A stretch of DNA of 64,000 nucleotides from an uncultured Nitrososphaerota archaeon. GTDB lineage: Archaea > Thermoproteota > Nitrososphaeria > Nitrososphaerales > Nitrosopumilaceae. Both the position numbers and the translations under genes were made by a program. Under the pieces are notes generated by a model. It was not told where the DNA came from. It ran no database searches and saw only the letters and a list, made by a program, of their open reading frames with translations. Below, piece by piece: positions 9,746 to 20,834 of this stretch; the stretch's first letter is position 1, and each line of letters begins with the position of its first letter. The stretch covers positions 640,001 through 704,000 of the forward strand of contig OY969559.1 of the NCBI GenBank assembly GCA_963701075.1, given 5' to 3'.

Positions 9746-9959
9746 AATTTTCGCCTCTAAGACCTAGAATGATCAAAAATCCCCCAATTCCAAACACCGC
9801 TATGCACACTTTCTCACTTGTTAGATCCGGGGAAGTGAAAAAATCCGATACAAAGTCAGGACCCCAGATCAGTAAATCTCTGATAATGGGAATTACTGCA
9901 ACAACTATGAATAAAATACCCATAGCAGTAAACCAATTTTTCTTTGGACTATCTCCCAT
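9735..9959 (-). CDS. Small two-TM membrane protein
   Basis: Two hydrophobic helices; lies between npdG and the PNPOx-like gene and overlaps the latter. Confidence 0.65.
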   Translation of the reverse strand: MGDSPKKNWFTAMGILFIVVAVIPIIRDLLIWGPDFVSDFFTSPDLTSEKVCIAVFGIGGFLIILGLRGENYEG

Positions 9960-9981
9960 CTTTTATTTCTGTAAATACTGA

Positions 9982-10653
9982 TTAAATTATCTTTATGCCT
10001 GGATTTTTCATTTTGTTCTTTATCATTGCGTTAATAAGAATTGGTGTTGCGGCTTCGGCAAGATATGAGAGAGACCCAGGTCCTAGTAAAATGGGTCTTA
10101 GGTTAGTTATCTCTTTGATTAAACCATTTACAACATTTATCGTATCATTATCATCTCCGCATACAAATATGTCTGAATCTAAGACAAGTTTTGTATCGAT
10201 AAGCTTCTTTTCCGAAATGGTGTGAAATGCGGCCACTAGGCGCGACTTGTTTTTCATATATTTCTGCACCAACTCAAAAGCAGAGGGCTTGTTTTCCCTA
10301 AACGAAATTAATTCAAAGCCTGCATCGGTTTTAGTGAGAGGCACTATCGGAGATATAACAATACAATCATCCTTGACATTTGGAAGAATCTGAGAACATA
10401 TCGCATCTATATTCTCATATGGGATGGAAAGTACTAACACGTCGCTCTCTTTTGCAGCAGAGATATTGTCCGTCCCTATTATCTTGCCCTTTGGAGATCC
10501 ATGCTCTTTAACTGCGCTGGCAAAATATTCACGAGCTACTTCATCCGCCTTTGAAGAATCTCTTGAACCTATCAGGATATCATGATTAATACACCATCGC
10601 AAAGCGAATCCTTTTCCCATTCCGCCTGTACCGCCAATTATTCCGATCTTCAT
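9982..10653 (-). CDS. npdG: NADPH-dependent F420 reductase (F420H2:NADP+ oxidoreductase)
   Basis: IGIIGGTGGMGKG, IGSR, VAAFHTIS and DIFVCGD. Confidence 0.88.
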   Translation of the reverse strand: MKIGIIGGTGGMGKGFALRWCINHDILIGSRDSSKADEVAREYFASAVKEHGSPKGKIIGTDNISAAKESDVLVLSIPYENIDAICSQILPNVKDDCIVISPIVPLTKTDAGFELISFRENKPSAFELVQKYMKNKSRLVAAFHTISEKKLIDTKLVLDSDIFVCGDDNDTINVVNGLIKEITNLRPILLGPGSLSYLAEAATPILINAMIKNKMKNPGIKII

Positions 10654-10715
10654 TACACGGTGTCTCTAACAATCTTATTATTATCTCTATTCGACAAGTC
10701 GTCTCAGAATAAACA

Positions 10716-11331
10716 TTGTTTCTTTTTCTACGTCACGGACAGGCCAAAAATAATGTAGAACAAATTCTTGCAGGACGAGCGACAGGATATCCTCTAACAG
10801 ATCAAGGCATTAAACAAGCCGAAAAGATAGTCTGATTTTCTCAAACCATTTAACATATCTGCCATCTATTCAAGTCCAATAGAAAGAGCAGAACAAACTA
10901 CAAGTATTGTGGCAAAAAAACTGGGACTAGGTTATAGCATAGACGAAAGACTGACAGAAATCGACATGGGAACTCTATCTGGAATGACTTTTGATGACAT
11001 GTTTTCAAAACATGGAAATATTTTTCTCAAGTTTTATGAAGGACATCCAATAATAGAGAAAAATGGAATCGAACCCTTTGCCAGTATTAAAAAAAGAGTT
11101 CTTGACTTGGTCGAACATTGTTCTAAAAAACATCATGATGAAGATATATTATTTGTAACTCACATGGATCCAATCAAATCCATGCTTTCTACTGTCATGC
11201 AATTAAAGCCTGAATCTTTATACGAATTAATAATTAGAAATGCATCTTTGACCATGTTCAAAAAAGAACAATCTACTCTTTCTATAATATCAATTAACTC
11301 CATGTCTCCAGAACGTTACCAGAAAGAATGA
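10716..11331 (+). CDS. Histidine phosphatase (phosphoglycerate mutase-like) family protein; apparent +1 frameshift at 10829-10833
   Basis: The N-terminus, missed by the ORF track, reads LFLFLRHGQAKNN...PLTDQGIKQAEKI. Changing AGtCT to AGCT joins it to SSPIERAEQT...LTEIDMG...FVTH. Confidence 0.87.
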
Positions 11332-11423
11332 ATGCAAAATAGAGAATTATTTTTCAATACTGATCATATCTAAGATGTTTTAACAAACTAACATATTCTT
11401 TCTAACAGAACCAATATCTATGG

Positions 11424-12443
11424 GTGGACGTCATCATGAATAGATTGAAACTACTGATGGCAGGACTCTTGCTTTTTGTTATCATGAGCAGCTTTCTGAC
11501 CCAAGCTTATGCTGCATTAGAACCATTAGAACTATACACTGATTCTCAAGTATATTCAGAAGGTCAACCTCTTCTTGTATATGGTAAGGCTTTGTCAAAC
11601 GAGACTGTAATTCTTAGACTGTTTGCTCCAGATGGAACAATAAAACAATTCGATCAGATTACAGCTGACAGCAACGGAGACTTTAACCAAGTATTGATGC
11701 AATGGCCTAATGCAACAACGAATTATCCATATGGAACATATTCTGTAGAAGCAATTGCTACCAAAGAACAGGGATTCTCGCAAAACGTTGATGTAGCATT
11801 TGCATCATCTTCATCACTGATACATACTCAAATAAAGAGAACTGTATTAGTATCGGTTTATGCTCCCCAAACTGCAGCTGTTAACCAAACATTTCGAGTT
11901 TTTGTTCAGGTAACTAGCGATGGTCTGCTGGTAGCAGGCGATCCCACAAAACTACTTGCTAATTCTCACGTTCATCTTCCAAATGGAGACGTAACTGATC
12001 TCACCAATTCCTTTACCACTCTCCACCAAGGACTTTACTATGTTGACTTTACACCTACTCAAGAAGGCACCTATGTCTTTCATATTATTGCTCTCAGTCA
12101 AGGTACTGAATCTAATGGAGTAGCTGCTACACTAGTACTCAAGCAAAGCATAGAAGGAATTTCGAACCAAATCATAAGATTAAACTCTGTACTAAATACT
12201 ACATCAAGTGAACTTGATAAGATAAAAACAGAAGTTAAAGGTTTTGGATATGTATTGAACACAAGTCAGAATTCAATATCACAAGCAAATGAAAACATGA
12301 ACAAGAGTGTAACTTCAATGTCACAAACTGTACAAAACATTGAGGCGGCTTCGGGTCAATTTAATTCGCTTTTTCTACCAGTCGTTGCTTTGATTGCTGT
12401 AATCATTGCATTACAAATAACTATTCTTGCTAGGCGAAGATAA
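11424..12443 (+). CDS. Secreted, C-terminally membrane-anchored protein with beta-sandwich domains and a coiled-coil stalk
   Basis: Signal peptide ending AYA, Ig-like segments, heptad-like region, then a TM helix followed by RRR. Confidence 0.75.
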   Translation: MDVIMNRLKLLMAGLLLFVIMSSFLTQAYAALEPLELYTDSQVYSEGQPLLVYGKALSNETVILRLFAPDGTIKQFDQITADSNGDFNQVLMQWPNATTNYPYGTYSVEAIATKEQGFSQNVDVAFASSSSLIHTQIKRTVLVSVYAPQTAAVNQTFRVFVQVTSDGLLVAGDPTKLLANSHVHLPNGDVTDLTNSFTTLHQGLYYVDFTPTQEGTYVFHIIALSQGTESNGVAATLVLKQSIEGISNQIIRLNSVLNTTSSELDKIKTEVKGFGYVLNTSQNSISQANENMNKSVTSMSQTVQNIEAASGQFNSLFLPVVALIAVIIALQITILARRR

Positions 12444-12448
12444 CAGTA

Positions 12449-15400
12449 ATGGTAAATAACAAATCACGTAGGGTAATGTCAAAAGTAGCATTTTTTTTGA
12501 TATGTATTCTTCTAATATCTATAATTCCAAAACAGATTAACGCATATTATGATGTGGACATTCCAAACCAAATGCAAACTTCTGCTCCGGAACAAACATC
12601 TGGTCTAATAACTTTTCAGCCTGTTTCAGTCGAAAATTCTGAAAAGAGATACATAATTTTTGGTTCAGGACCAATTTCGGATATAGCACAAAGTGCCGAT
12701 AATCTAATTTATGGATTAAACTCTGGTCATGGATCATTTGCAGTAGGTATTTTCAATCCAGACGAAATCTCAAATCTAAAACTTGATGGTTATAACGTAA
12801 TTGAGGATCTTCCATTGGAATTCGATTCTGCGCAAATCAATTCTCCTGTGTCCAGTGATGTCTCTAGGGTAGGAGATATACTTGGTTCCAATAAGGTAAT
12901 TCAACAATATAATTACACAGGCAATGGTATCAAGGTGGGAATAGTTGATACTGGAACAGACTTTTCAAACCTTGATATGAAATCTTCTCTTGCCAGAGAT
13001 GAAAACAATATTCCTATCATGATTGATGCAGATGGTCAAGGACTAGTGTTAACAAATGCAACATTCATTGCAAATATTGGTAATAATGGTGTTATTCAAA
13101 ACTACACACAGCCAATTCCAAAAAATATAACCTCTTCTGTCTATGTAAATTCAAACGGAGTTTTTCTTGATCTAAATAGGGAAGGAAAAGGGACGAACAT
13201 CCCGGTATATAATTCACAATATCCTAAAGGTGGTACACCTGTAGTAAACGGGACAGTTTCTGATGATTACAAAATAGGCAAAGACGCAAGGCATTTTATT
13301 GTGTCAAAAAGCGGGATGTATCATTTTGGGATGATGTATGAAAGTGTTTCACAGGGCCAACTTTCAATACTACAATTAGTCCCTGTCCTCGTGGTTGACT
13401 CAAAGACACCAGGTGTATACGATACCATTATTCCAGACATGTATGATTCATACGAGGATTTTTTGAGACTTGAGAACGTTTTATCTCCAAAATATGATTT
13501 TGATTTCACTACACAAACACCAATTACATTAGGAAATGGAAACGAATTTTTAGTATATGATAAAAACCACGATGGAAATCCGATATACAGTGCGGGTACA
13601 GTTGGTGCACGAGTTCTTGATTTATACGGTGTAATTGCAAAATCAGCTAAAATCGATAAAAAAATTGGGGCAATAAACGGGACACTACTTCCTCCTCTTG
13701 ATCCACACGGTAATTTTTTTGGTGTAATGTATGATTATGGTGGACATGGAACTGCTACTGCAGCATCTATCACATCTCAAGGAAAACAGCAGTATGATAT
13801 CTATGGAAATTCCACAAAATATGTAATTCAAGGTATTGCCCCTGGAGCTAAGATAGTTCCAATAAAGGCATTATGGATTGGTGATGCGATATATGGATGG
13901 TTATGGGCAGCAGGATTTGATCAGAATGACAACCATTGGAAATTCTCAGGAAATACTCGAGTAGATATTTTATCTAACAGCTGGGGGATTTCCACTTTTC
14001 CTGCACTAGGGTCAGTGCCAGGTCTTGATATCCAGTCACTTTTACTTAGCGCACTTAATGTCCCAGGTTCACTGGATAAAAAATATCCTGGAATATTGAC
14101 TGTAAGTAGTTCAGGTAATGCTGGACCTGGATACGGAACAATAGGAAGTCCTGACGCTGCACCCTTTGGTCTTACGGTGGGGGCTGCAACTGATAATGTC
14201 TTTGTTGGTTATGGTCCTTTTAAGGGCCAACCAAGATTTGGAAATAATACTATTTACTATGGTGACATATCAGGTTTCTCAAGTAAGGGACCATCATTAA
14301 TAGGAGATCCAAAACCTGACATAATGGCAGTAGGAGAATACAGCTTTACACCAACCTCTGTTACAAAATACAGCAAAAATTCAACAGGATCGTTTTCTCT
14401 ATTTGGCGGAACAAGTCTTGCAGCTCCTCTTGTAGCCGGTTCAGCTGCAATCGTAATGCAAGCCTTACGCGACAAGGGAATTTCCTACAACCCATTTATG
14501 GTGCAAAACATACTAATGTCTACTGCAACAGATCTGGGAAATGATCCTTTTGCACAAGGATCTGGGCTAGTTAATGTAACAAGCGCAGTTAACTATGTAC
14601 TGGGAAATGATGATACGTTTGCAGTTTACAACAACGCGACATATTCTAATGTGCAGAAAATACTGGAACCAGCTATTCAGCTCAATGAACTCTTCTGCGT
14701 TTGGATTGAAGATGTTTCAGCTGAGGAAATACATCATTTCCAGAAACACCTTGGTTTGCTGGAAGACTATATCCAGGGGACAGAGCTACTGCAACCTTTA
14801 CCATTGAAAATCCAACCGATAATAATATCGAAATAACAATAGAGCCTCAAAAACTCGATCTGATGAAAATTTCTCAATATAATGGAACAACAGAACCTCG
14901 CTTACAGGATTCTCTAATTAAAAAACAAGGGGTTTACAGGCCTGATTATGTGCCACTTGCTCAAATAACAAACCATACAAACCTGCTGTCCTTTTTCCAA
15001 AAACAAAGTCCAATTCCGTATGATGCATCTTTGATGGTACTTGACCTTACATTCCCATTCTCCGAGTTCATGAATTCTTCTGCCAAAACCTACGCTGATG
15101 ACATGAAAATATCATCTCTCTATGTATATGACTGGAACAATAAGCACAATGATACTCAACCAACATACCAAGAACTCTCGCTTGTCAACAGGGGAGGTTC
15201 TTGGGGAACAGTTCAAGAGGTAAGAATTTCTGATCCGAATTCAAAATTTGGGCATATACCGCTAGTTGGCGTATACCCTGTACCTACAAGGTACTCATAT
15301 TGGTCTGGAGATACCAAGAAAAATTCTACTTCGATTGATTATACTATTACCGCTAGCTATTACAAAAAAACACAATGGAATGAGGTATGGCTTGATTCAA

Positions 15401-16710
15401 ACAACATGGAAGTAAAACCTCATAGCCAAGCCATCATGTCTGCCACTCTTGTTGTTCCATCTGATAAAAAAGCAGGAGTATACCAAGGATTTATCTCATT
15501 TCAAGATGGATCCCACACAGTTAACGTACCTGTATCATATGTTGTGTTAAAAAAATTACAACCAAAAGATCTACCAACTGTTATCCAGGGTTCAAATGGA
15601 AATCCTCTTTTTGGAAACGGCTATGTGGGAGGGGGATTTGACATGTCTAACCGTTATAATGCAGGTGATTGGAGGGAATATTATTTTAATATTGCTGACA
15701 AAACCATAAACACAGCTACAATGATTTTTTCTTGGAAAGATCCTGACACTAATTTATCAGTATTTGTCATTGATCCACAAGGAAGAATAATTCAAACAAA
15801 TGTTCCAGCTGGAGTATTGGGGCAATTTCAGGGATGGCCAAGTGGAGACTGGCTAGGTCCAAGCACGCCGTTTAGCGAAGGAGGAGGATTTTATCCAGTA
15901 AAAAATAAAGATGCGACATCAACCGAAGTTTATGCGCCAATTAATCAAACAGGGGTATATTCTGTCCTGATTCATACTACACTGTTTGGAGGAGAATCGG
16001 TTGTAGAACCAATAACAATGGCATCCAAGTTTTCAACCATTTTACCAAGCGAGAATTCACCACAGATAAATCTGGAAATTCCACAATTCATCAACAATAC
16101 CTACAAGATCACGCCAACAATAATTGGCCAAAATATACAAGATGAGAAATATTATCTAGATTCATCGGAACCAAAGATACTTAATGAAACTGCATTTTCA
16201 ACAATAGTTGAAAATCTCTCAGAGGGATCACACGATCTTAAAATTGTTGTATCAGATACAGTAGGGCATGTTGTTTCAAAGGATTTCAAATTTGTAGTAG
16301 ATAATACGCCACCAATAATTATTTTCGAGTCGCCAGTAAATGGTTCTACCGTTTCAGGGATAATCAATGTTAATCTAAGTATCAATGAAACCAATCCATT
16401 GGAAAAGGACTGGCTTGCAGTAAATCTTCCGGGCCAGACAGTTTTTGATAATGACACAATACAATATGACACTAGAACACTTCAGAATGGACCGTACTAT
16501 ATCACGGCTGTTGCTAAAGATAAAGCCGGAAACGTTGCTAGCGAAAAGATCGCAATTAACGTAAATAATTCTATTCCAAGTACTGGCTCTGTACAAGGCA
16601 AAAGCGATCAGAATTTTACAACTTTGATCGAAATATTGGTTGGAATTACAATAGCGTCTTTGATATCCTTTATTACTTTTAAAAAATTCAGATTTTTAAG
16701 AAGAACCTAG
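12449..16710 (+). CDS. Large membrane-anchored S8 (subtilisin-like) serine peptidase; two apparent +1 frameshifts (about 14678 and 14723)
   Basis: Triad VDTG / GHGT / GGTSLAAP and oxyanion SSGN. Frames join as ..ILEPAISSMNSSAFGLKMFQLGNTSFPETPWFAG..; C-terminal Ig-like domains and TM anchor. Confidence 0.88.
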
Positions 16711-16711
16711 A

Positions 16712-16723
16712 CAAGATTTATAT
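16712..16723 (+). promoter_or_regulatory. Putative BRE/TATA box of the Rieske-cytochrome b operon
   Basis: CAAGATTTATAT about 28 bp upstream of the ATG at 16750 (leaderless spacing). Confidence 0.5.
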
Positions 16724-16749
16724 GCAATTTTTTAATCACGAAGCTTTGG

Positions 16750-17355
16750 ATGGCTGAACAAGATACTAGGGGTACAGTCACTAGGCGAGACTTTCTTAAA
16801 CTTCTAGGCGCTGCGGGTGTTGCAACTACTTTTGCACCCTTTGTTCCATGGGGCCAATTCATGCCAAACCCTTCAAACATAGTGCCATCAAGAGTTCAGG
16901 TAATATTGCCAGACGGAACAGTGGCCAACGTTAAGACTTTTCCAAAGAATAGTTCTGAAGTTATAACATATCCGAAAAGTGGAGATCCAGTTCTTGATCA
17001 AGAGGCATTTAAACAGTGGCAGTTTGTTCGACTACCTTCCGAGTTAGGCGGTGACGCAGAGGATGTCAGTGCTTTTCGTGTTTATAGTATGGTATGTTTA
17101 CATTTGTGGTGTTTGTGGAAATACTGGCCTCAGGATGGTAGGAAAAGAGGAGAATGTCCCTGTCACGGAAGCATGTATAATATGATAAATGGAAAAGCAT
17201 TTGCAGGTCCTGCATCTCTTCAAGCTCCTCCATCAAATGTACTAGCAACACTTTATCTTGAAGCTGATGACACTGGAGATCTATGGATATTGCCAGCAGT
17301 GTGGAATGTCAACGAAAATGGAATAGTGGGATATGGTCGTTTCCTTAAAACGTAG
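16750..17355 (+). CDS. petC: Rieske iron-sulfur subunit of complex III (Tat-exported)
   Basis: TRRDFLK Tat signal; CLHLWC and CPCHGS cluster motifs. Confidence 0.93.
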   Translation: MAEQDTRGTVTRRDFLKLLGAAGVATTFAPFVPWGQFMPNPSNIVPSRVQVILPDGTVANVKTFPKNSSEVITYPKSGDPVLDQEAFKQWQFVRLPSELGGDAEDVSAFRVYSMVCLHLWCLWKYWPQDGRKRGECPCHGSMYNMINGKAFAGPASLQAPPSNVLATLYLEADDTGDLWILPAVWNVNENGIVGYGRFLKT

Positions 17356-18898
17356 AAGCGGGTTTGCAGATTTCTGCTACTGGATATGGGACGGGTTAGA
17401 GAGAACTGTATTCATTGGTACAAAGTTCTCATTTCCAGCTAGATTTGTGAGTCCATTTGGATTCCTTGGAATGTTGACATTTGTCATGTTCATAATACTG
17501 GGAGTTACTGGTGCATTGCTGATGTTCTATTATGAACCGATATTGGATAGGGCGTGGGACAGTGTAGTGAAAATCAATAATACTGTTCCATATGGGTTCA
17601 TGATCAGAAATATTCATTATCATGCATCAAACGCAATGGTTCTTCTCGCAGTTCTTCACATGTATTATCAGTATTTTAGTGGAAGATACAAGATAAGAAA
17701 TGAGATTATCTGGGTAACAGGAGTTGTACTGGGAACAGTAACAATTCTAGAGGCCTTTACTGGTTATGACATCATCTTCAGTGAACGTGCAGAGCTTGCA
17801 ATTAGCATTGCAGCTTCGCTTACTAATTCTATGCCTGTAGTTGGGCCCACCATACGCGATGCAATGTTTGGTTCTGGCTTTGCAGACTTCATATTGAGAT
17901 TCTATACGTTACATGTCTTCATTTTACCAGTAGTAATGCTTGGATTGATGGCAGTACACCTGCCTAGATTCATGGTATTTGACGTACCAATGGTGATGGC
18001 AATTTCTGGTGCAGTGTTAATAACAGGTGGAGTGTTTCCAGTTGACCTGGGCTCAAAGTTCCAGCCCACTGTACCGCCAGGTATCACTGTACCTGAATGG
18101 TATCTTACGGGAATCTACGCTTTCCTTAGAACTGAATATGATAAATTTGTAACTGGAGTTTTGTGGCCAGGTGTATTCATTGTAGCGCTAGCTATGACAC
18201 CATTCATTGACCGGTACAAGAAATTCTCTTGGAAAGAAAGACCACTAGTTACAGCCTTTGGAATAACTGGTATAACCCAAGTCATGGTAACCACTTATTG
18301 GGGATTTTACATCTCGCCAGATGTTACAAAACCACTAGTTGCCAGGCTTGTGATAGATCCAATATTCTTCTACTCTATAATGTTACTTCTTATACCGATT
18401 GGCTTTGGATTTTCATACATGATGATATCACTTGCCAAGGAAGCAGAAAGAAAGGCAAAATTAGCAGCTTCAAAAGGACCTCATAAAACAGCCCAGATAA
18501 ATTTCTCAGGTAAATGGATAAACTGGCTTATCGTTGCCCTCCTGATATTTCAAGTGTACATAAACATCGCTGCCTACAACGCCGTATTGGCAGGTATGAA
18601 AAACTTTTCGTTATTCTTGGTAGGACTAGGTCTCATGGTGTTTGCTGGTATGTTCCATCTCTACAGATATGGTCTAAGCGAGGCAAAGAAGGCACCTGCG
18701 CCTCCTCCACAACCACAAGCCGAATCTCCAAAGTCATTAGAAGGACCTGAACTAGCAGGAAAAGTACCACCGCCAAAGGAAGATTCTATAAAACCGCCAC
18801 CATCTCAACCGTCTGCGATCGCACCTGAAATAAAAGTCGCGAACCTAGAGAATTTGAAAGATTCCGTAATAGGCAAGTCTGACCTCAAAAATCCCTAG
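17333..18898 (+). CDS. petB: Cytochrome b subunit of complex III with extra C-terminal TM helices and a Pro-rich tail
   Basis: RNIHYHASN, heme His residues and PEWY motif; overlaps the Rieske gene. Confidence 0.93.
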   Translation: MVVSLKRRSGFADFCYWIWDGLERTVFIGTKFSFPARFVSPFGFLGMLTFVMFIILGVTGALLMFYYEPILDRAWDSVVKINNTVPYGFMIRNIHYHASNAMVLLAVLHMYYQYFSGRYKIRNEIIWVTGVVLGTVTILEAFTGYDIIFSERAELAISIAASLTNSMPVVGPTIRDAMFGSGFADFILRFYTLHVFILPVVMLGLMAVHLPRFMVFDVPMVMAISGAVLITGGVFPVDLGSKFQPTVPPGITVPEWYLTGIYAFLRTEYDKFVTGVLWPGVFIVALAMTPFIDRYKKFSWKERPLVTAFGITGITQVMVTTYWGFYISPDVTKPLVARLVIDPIFFYSIMLLLIPIGFGFSYMMISLAKEAERKAKLAASKGPHKTAQINFSGKWINWLIVALLIFQVYINIAAYNAVLAGMKNFSLFLVGLGLMVFAGMFHLYRYGLSEAKKAPAPPPQPQAESPKSLEGPELAGKVPPPKEDSIKPPPSQPSAIAPEIKVANLENLKDSVIGKSDLKNP

Positions 18899-18951
18899 CA
18901 TACGGTATGGCATATAACTTTATAAGACTATTAAAAAAGATCAACGACTAG

Positions 18952-19419
18952 TTGAGCGTTCCAACATCAAGCCACGCATATGGAATAGCATTGATTGCAG
19001 TTATAGTGGGAGCAGCAGTTGGCATTTCATACTATCAACAATATTATATTCCAGAATTTAATGCCAAACCAATTATTCCAGAGAAAATTCTAAAACCTGG
19101 TCAAACCATGCAAATATCAATTGTTACTGGTTCCTCAAACCAAGACCAGCAACAAAACTTTGTTCCAAAGAAGCAAGACGCTCAGCTTGGTGTAAATAAT
19201 CTTGTAGTATGGACAAATCAGGATTCTGTCGCACATTATGTTACTCCTGATAAACCATTCAAGGATGCATATAGTGGCGATTTTGGTTCCGATGCAATAT
19301 TGCCTGGAAAACAGTACACCTTCTTGTTTACGCAACAAACCACTCTTCCATATTATTGTGAGGTTCACCCATGGATGAAAGGAGAAATTGACATAGTTCC
19401 AGGGGCACTAACATCTTAG
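18952..19419 (+). CDS. Membrane-anchored type-1 blue copper (plastocyanin/cupredoxin) protein
   Basis: N-terminal TM helix; WTNQDSVAHYVT and YYCEVHPWM copper ligands. Confidence 0.9.
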   Translation: MSVPTSSHAYGIALIAVIVGAAVGISYYQQYYIPEFNAKPIIPEKILKPGQTMQISIVTGSSNQDQQQNFVPKKQDAQLGVNNLVVWTNQDSVAHYVTPDKPFKDAYSGDFGSDAILPGKQYTFLFTQQTTLPYYCEVHPWMKGEIDIVPGALTS

Positions 19420-19447
19420 TAAAATTGTAAAAAACTAGATCTATCGT

Positions 19448-19798
19448 TTAGAGAATTAATTTTGCAAACAAAATATCGCTTTCTATTTCCTTATGTTCCT
19501 GTATTATTGAAGCTCTAAACTTCACCTCATGAGGCTCCTTTGGTTCAAACTCAACTGAAGCTGTAAATTCAACAGAATTTTGTGGCATATCATTTCTATT
19601 GATAAATAGTCGTGAGACATTCTGCGATATTGCCTTGTTATTGTATGATTTGTATACTATGAGTTGATTAGAATTTAATATCTGCGTATTTACGACTATG
19701 CCATCGTATCTGCCGGGATAATTTACCTGTACTCTGCCTTTGATTATTTCGTGAGACTTTATGTTCAAATTTTCCAATTTTAGCTCTATGTCTTTCAT
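19448..19798 (-). CDS. Hypothetical protein (beta-rich)
   Basis: 116-aa ORF with host-like composition and no recognisable motif. Confidence 0.65.
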   Translation of the reverse strand: MKDIELKLENLNIKSHEIIKGRVQVNYPGRYDGIVVNTQILNSNQLIVYKSYNNKAISQNVSRLFINRNDMPQNSVEFTASVEFEPKEPHEVKFRASIIQEHKEIESDILFAKLIL

Positions 19799-19877
19799 AA
19801 TGTGATTCCAAAGTTGAAGATAATAAATTGTAGTAATGTTGTATTTTTTTAAAAAATAATATTCAAGACTCTAAAAG

Positions 19878-19952
19878 CGGGCCCGAAGGGCTTCGATCCC
19901 TTGACCACTGGATTAGAAGTCCAGCACTCTGTCCAAGCTGAGCTACAGGCCC
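19878..19952 (-). tRNA. tRNA-Arg(TCT)
   Basis: GGGCCTG...CTGGA-CTTCTAA-TCCAG...AAGGG-ATCGAAG-CCCTT-CGGGCCC-G cloverleaf. Confidence 0.93.
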
Positions 19953-19987
19953 AAATATCGGGCAATTAGTAGCCATATTAAGGGTTT

Positions 19988-20833
19988 TTACAACCATTTC
20001 TTTTTGTTGAGATCTCTTTCCATTTTGAAAAGAAATTGTTGTGAATACCCTGCATAGGGTCCAAAATGTTCTACAATTTTTTCATGTAGACTATTGTGTT
20101 TTTTTTCTGTTAGAGATTTTCCATGTATCCCGTCAAATACATTTGGATAATATTTTTGTAAAATTCTCTGTGTCCATCTATCTATAGGAAAAGATTCCAA
20201 CTTGTCAAGTGAAAACAAAAGTATACAGTCTGCAATTTTGTTGCCAATACCTCGTACTGTCTTCAGGGTCTCTAACGCCGATTTGTAGTCTGTTTTCCTT
20301 AGTGACTCAAACTCTATTTTTCCCAAGTTTACAGCCTTGATTGCCTCTCTTACGTATTTTGCTCTGAATCCAAGGCCGCATGAGAGTAAATCTTTGGTAG
20401 TAGCATTTGCTAGCATTTCTGCACTAGGGAAAGTAGAAAATTGCTGGTTTTCGAATTCTATTTTATTGCCAAATTTTTGGCAGAGTTTTATTAACATATT
20501 TTTGATGTTTTGTATGGATGAGTTGGATGAACATATGAATGAAATATAGCACTGAAAAGGATCTTGTCTTATCAATCTCAAACCCGGAAACTGTTTTACT
20601 GTAGTGCCCACAAGACTATCTCTGCTAATCTCTGATAGTATATTATTCAGATTATCATCCTGTCTAAAAAAGAAGCGAACGCTTTTTGAAGACGAACCTA
20701 TTTGGAAGGGCTCTGTTATAACCAAAAGCTCGTCACCGTTAATACCAAACCATCTATCCTCAATCTTATTCCAGAGAAATACCTGACCACTATTGATTGT
20801 AAAATTTAGATCTACTGTGGGATTATTCCGCAT
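19988..20833 (-). CDS. 8-oxoguanine DNA glycosylase/AP lyase (Ogg1 type, HhH-GPD)
   Basis: SGQVFLW, GLRLIRQDPFQC, GLGFRAKY, RGIGNKIADC, FPIDRW and AGYSQQFLF. Confidence 0.9.
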   Translation of the reverse strand: MRNNPTVDLNFTINSGQVFLWNKIEDRWFGINGDELLVITEPFQIGSSSKSVRFFFRQDDNLNNILSEISRDSLVGTTVKQFPGLRLIRQDPFQCYISFICSSNSSIQNIKNMLIKLCQKFGNKIEFENQQFSTFPSAEMLANATTKDLLSCGLGFRAKYVREAIKAVNLGKIEFESLRKTDYKSALETLKTVRGIGNKIADCILLFSLDKLESFPIDRWTQRILQKYYPNVFDGIHGKSLTEKKHNSLHEKIVEHFGPYAGYSQQFLFKMERDLNKKKWL

Positions 20834-20834
20834 T

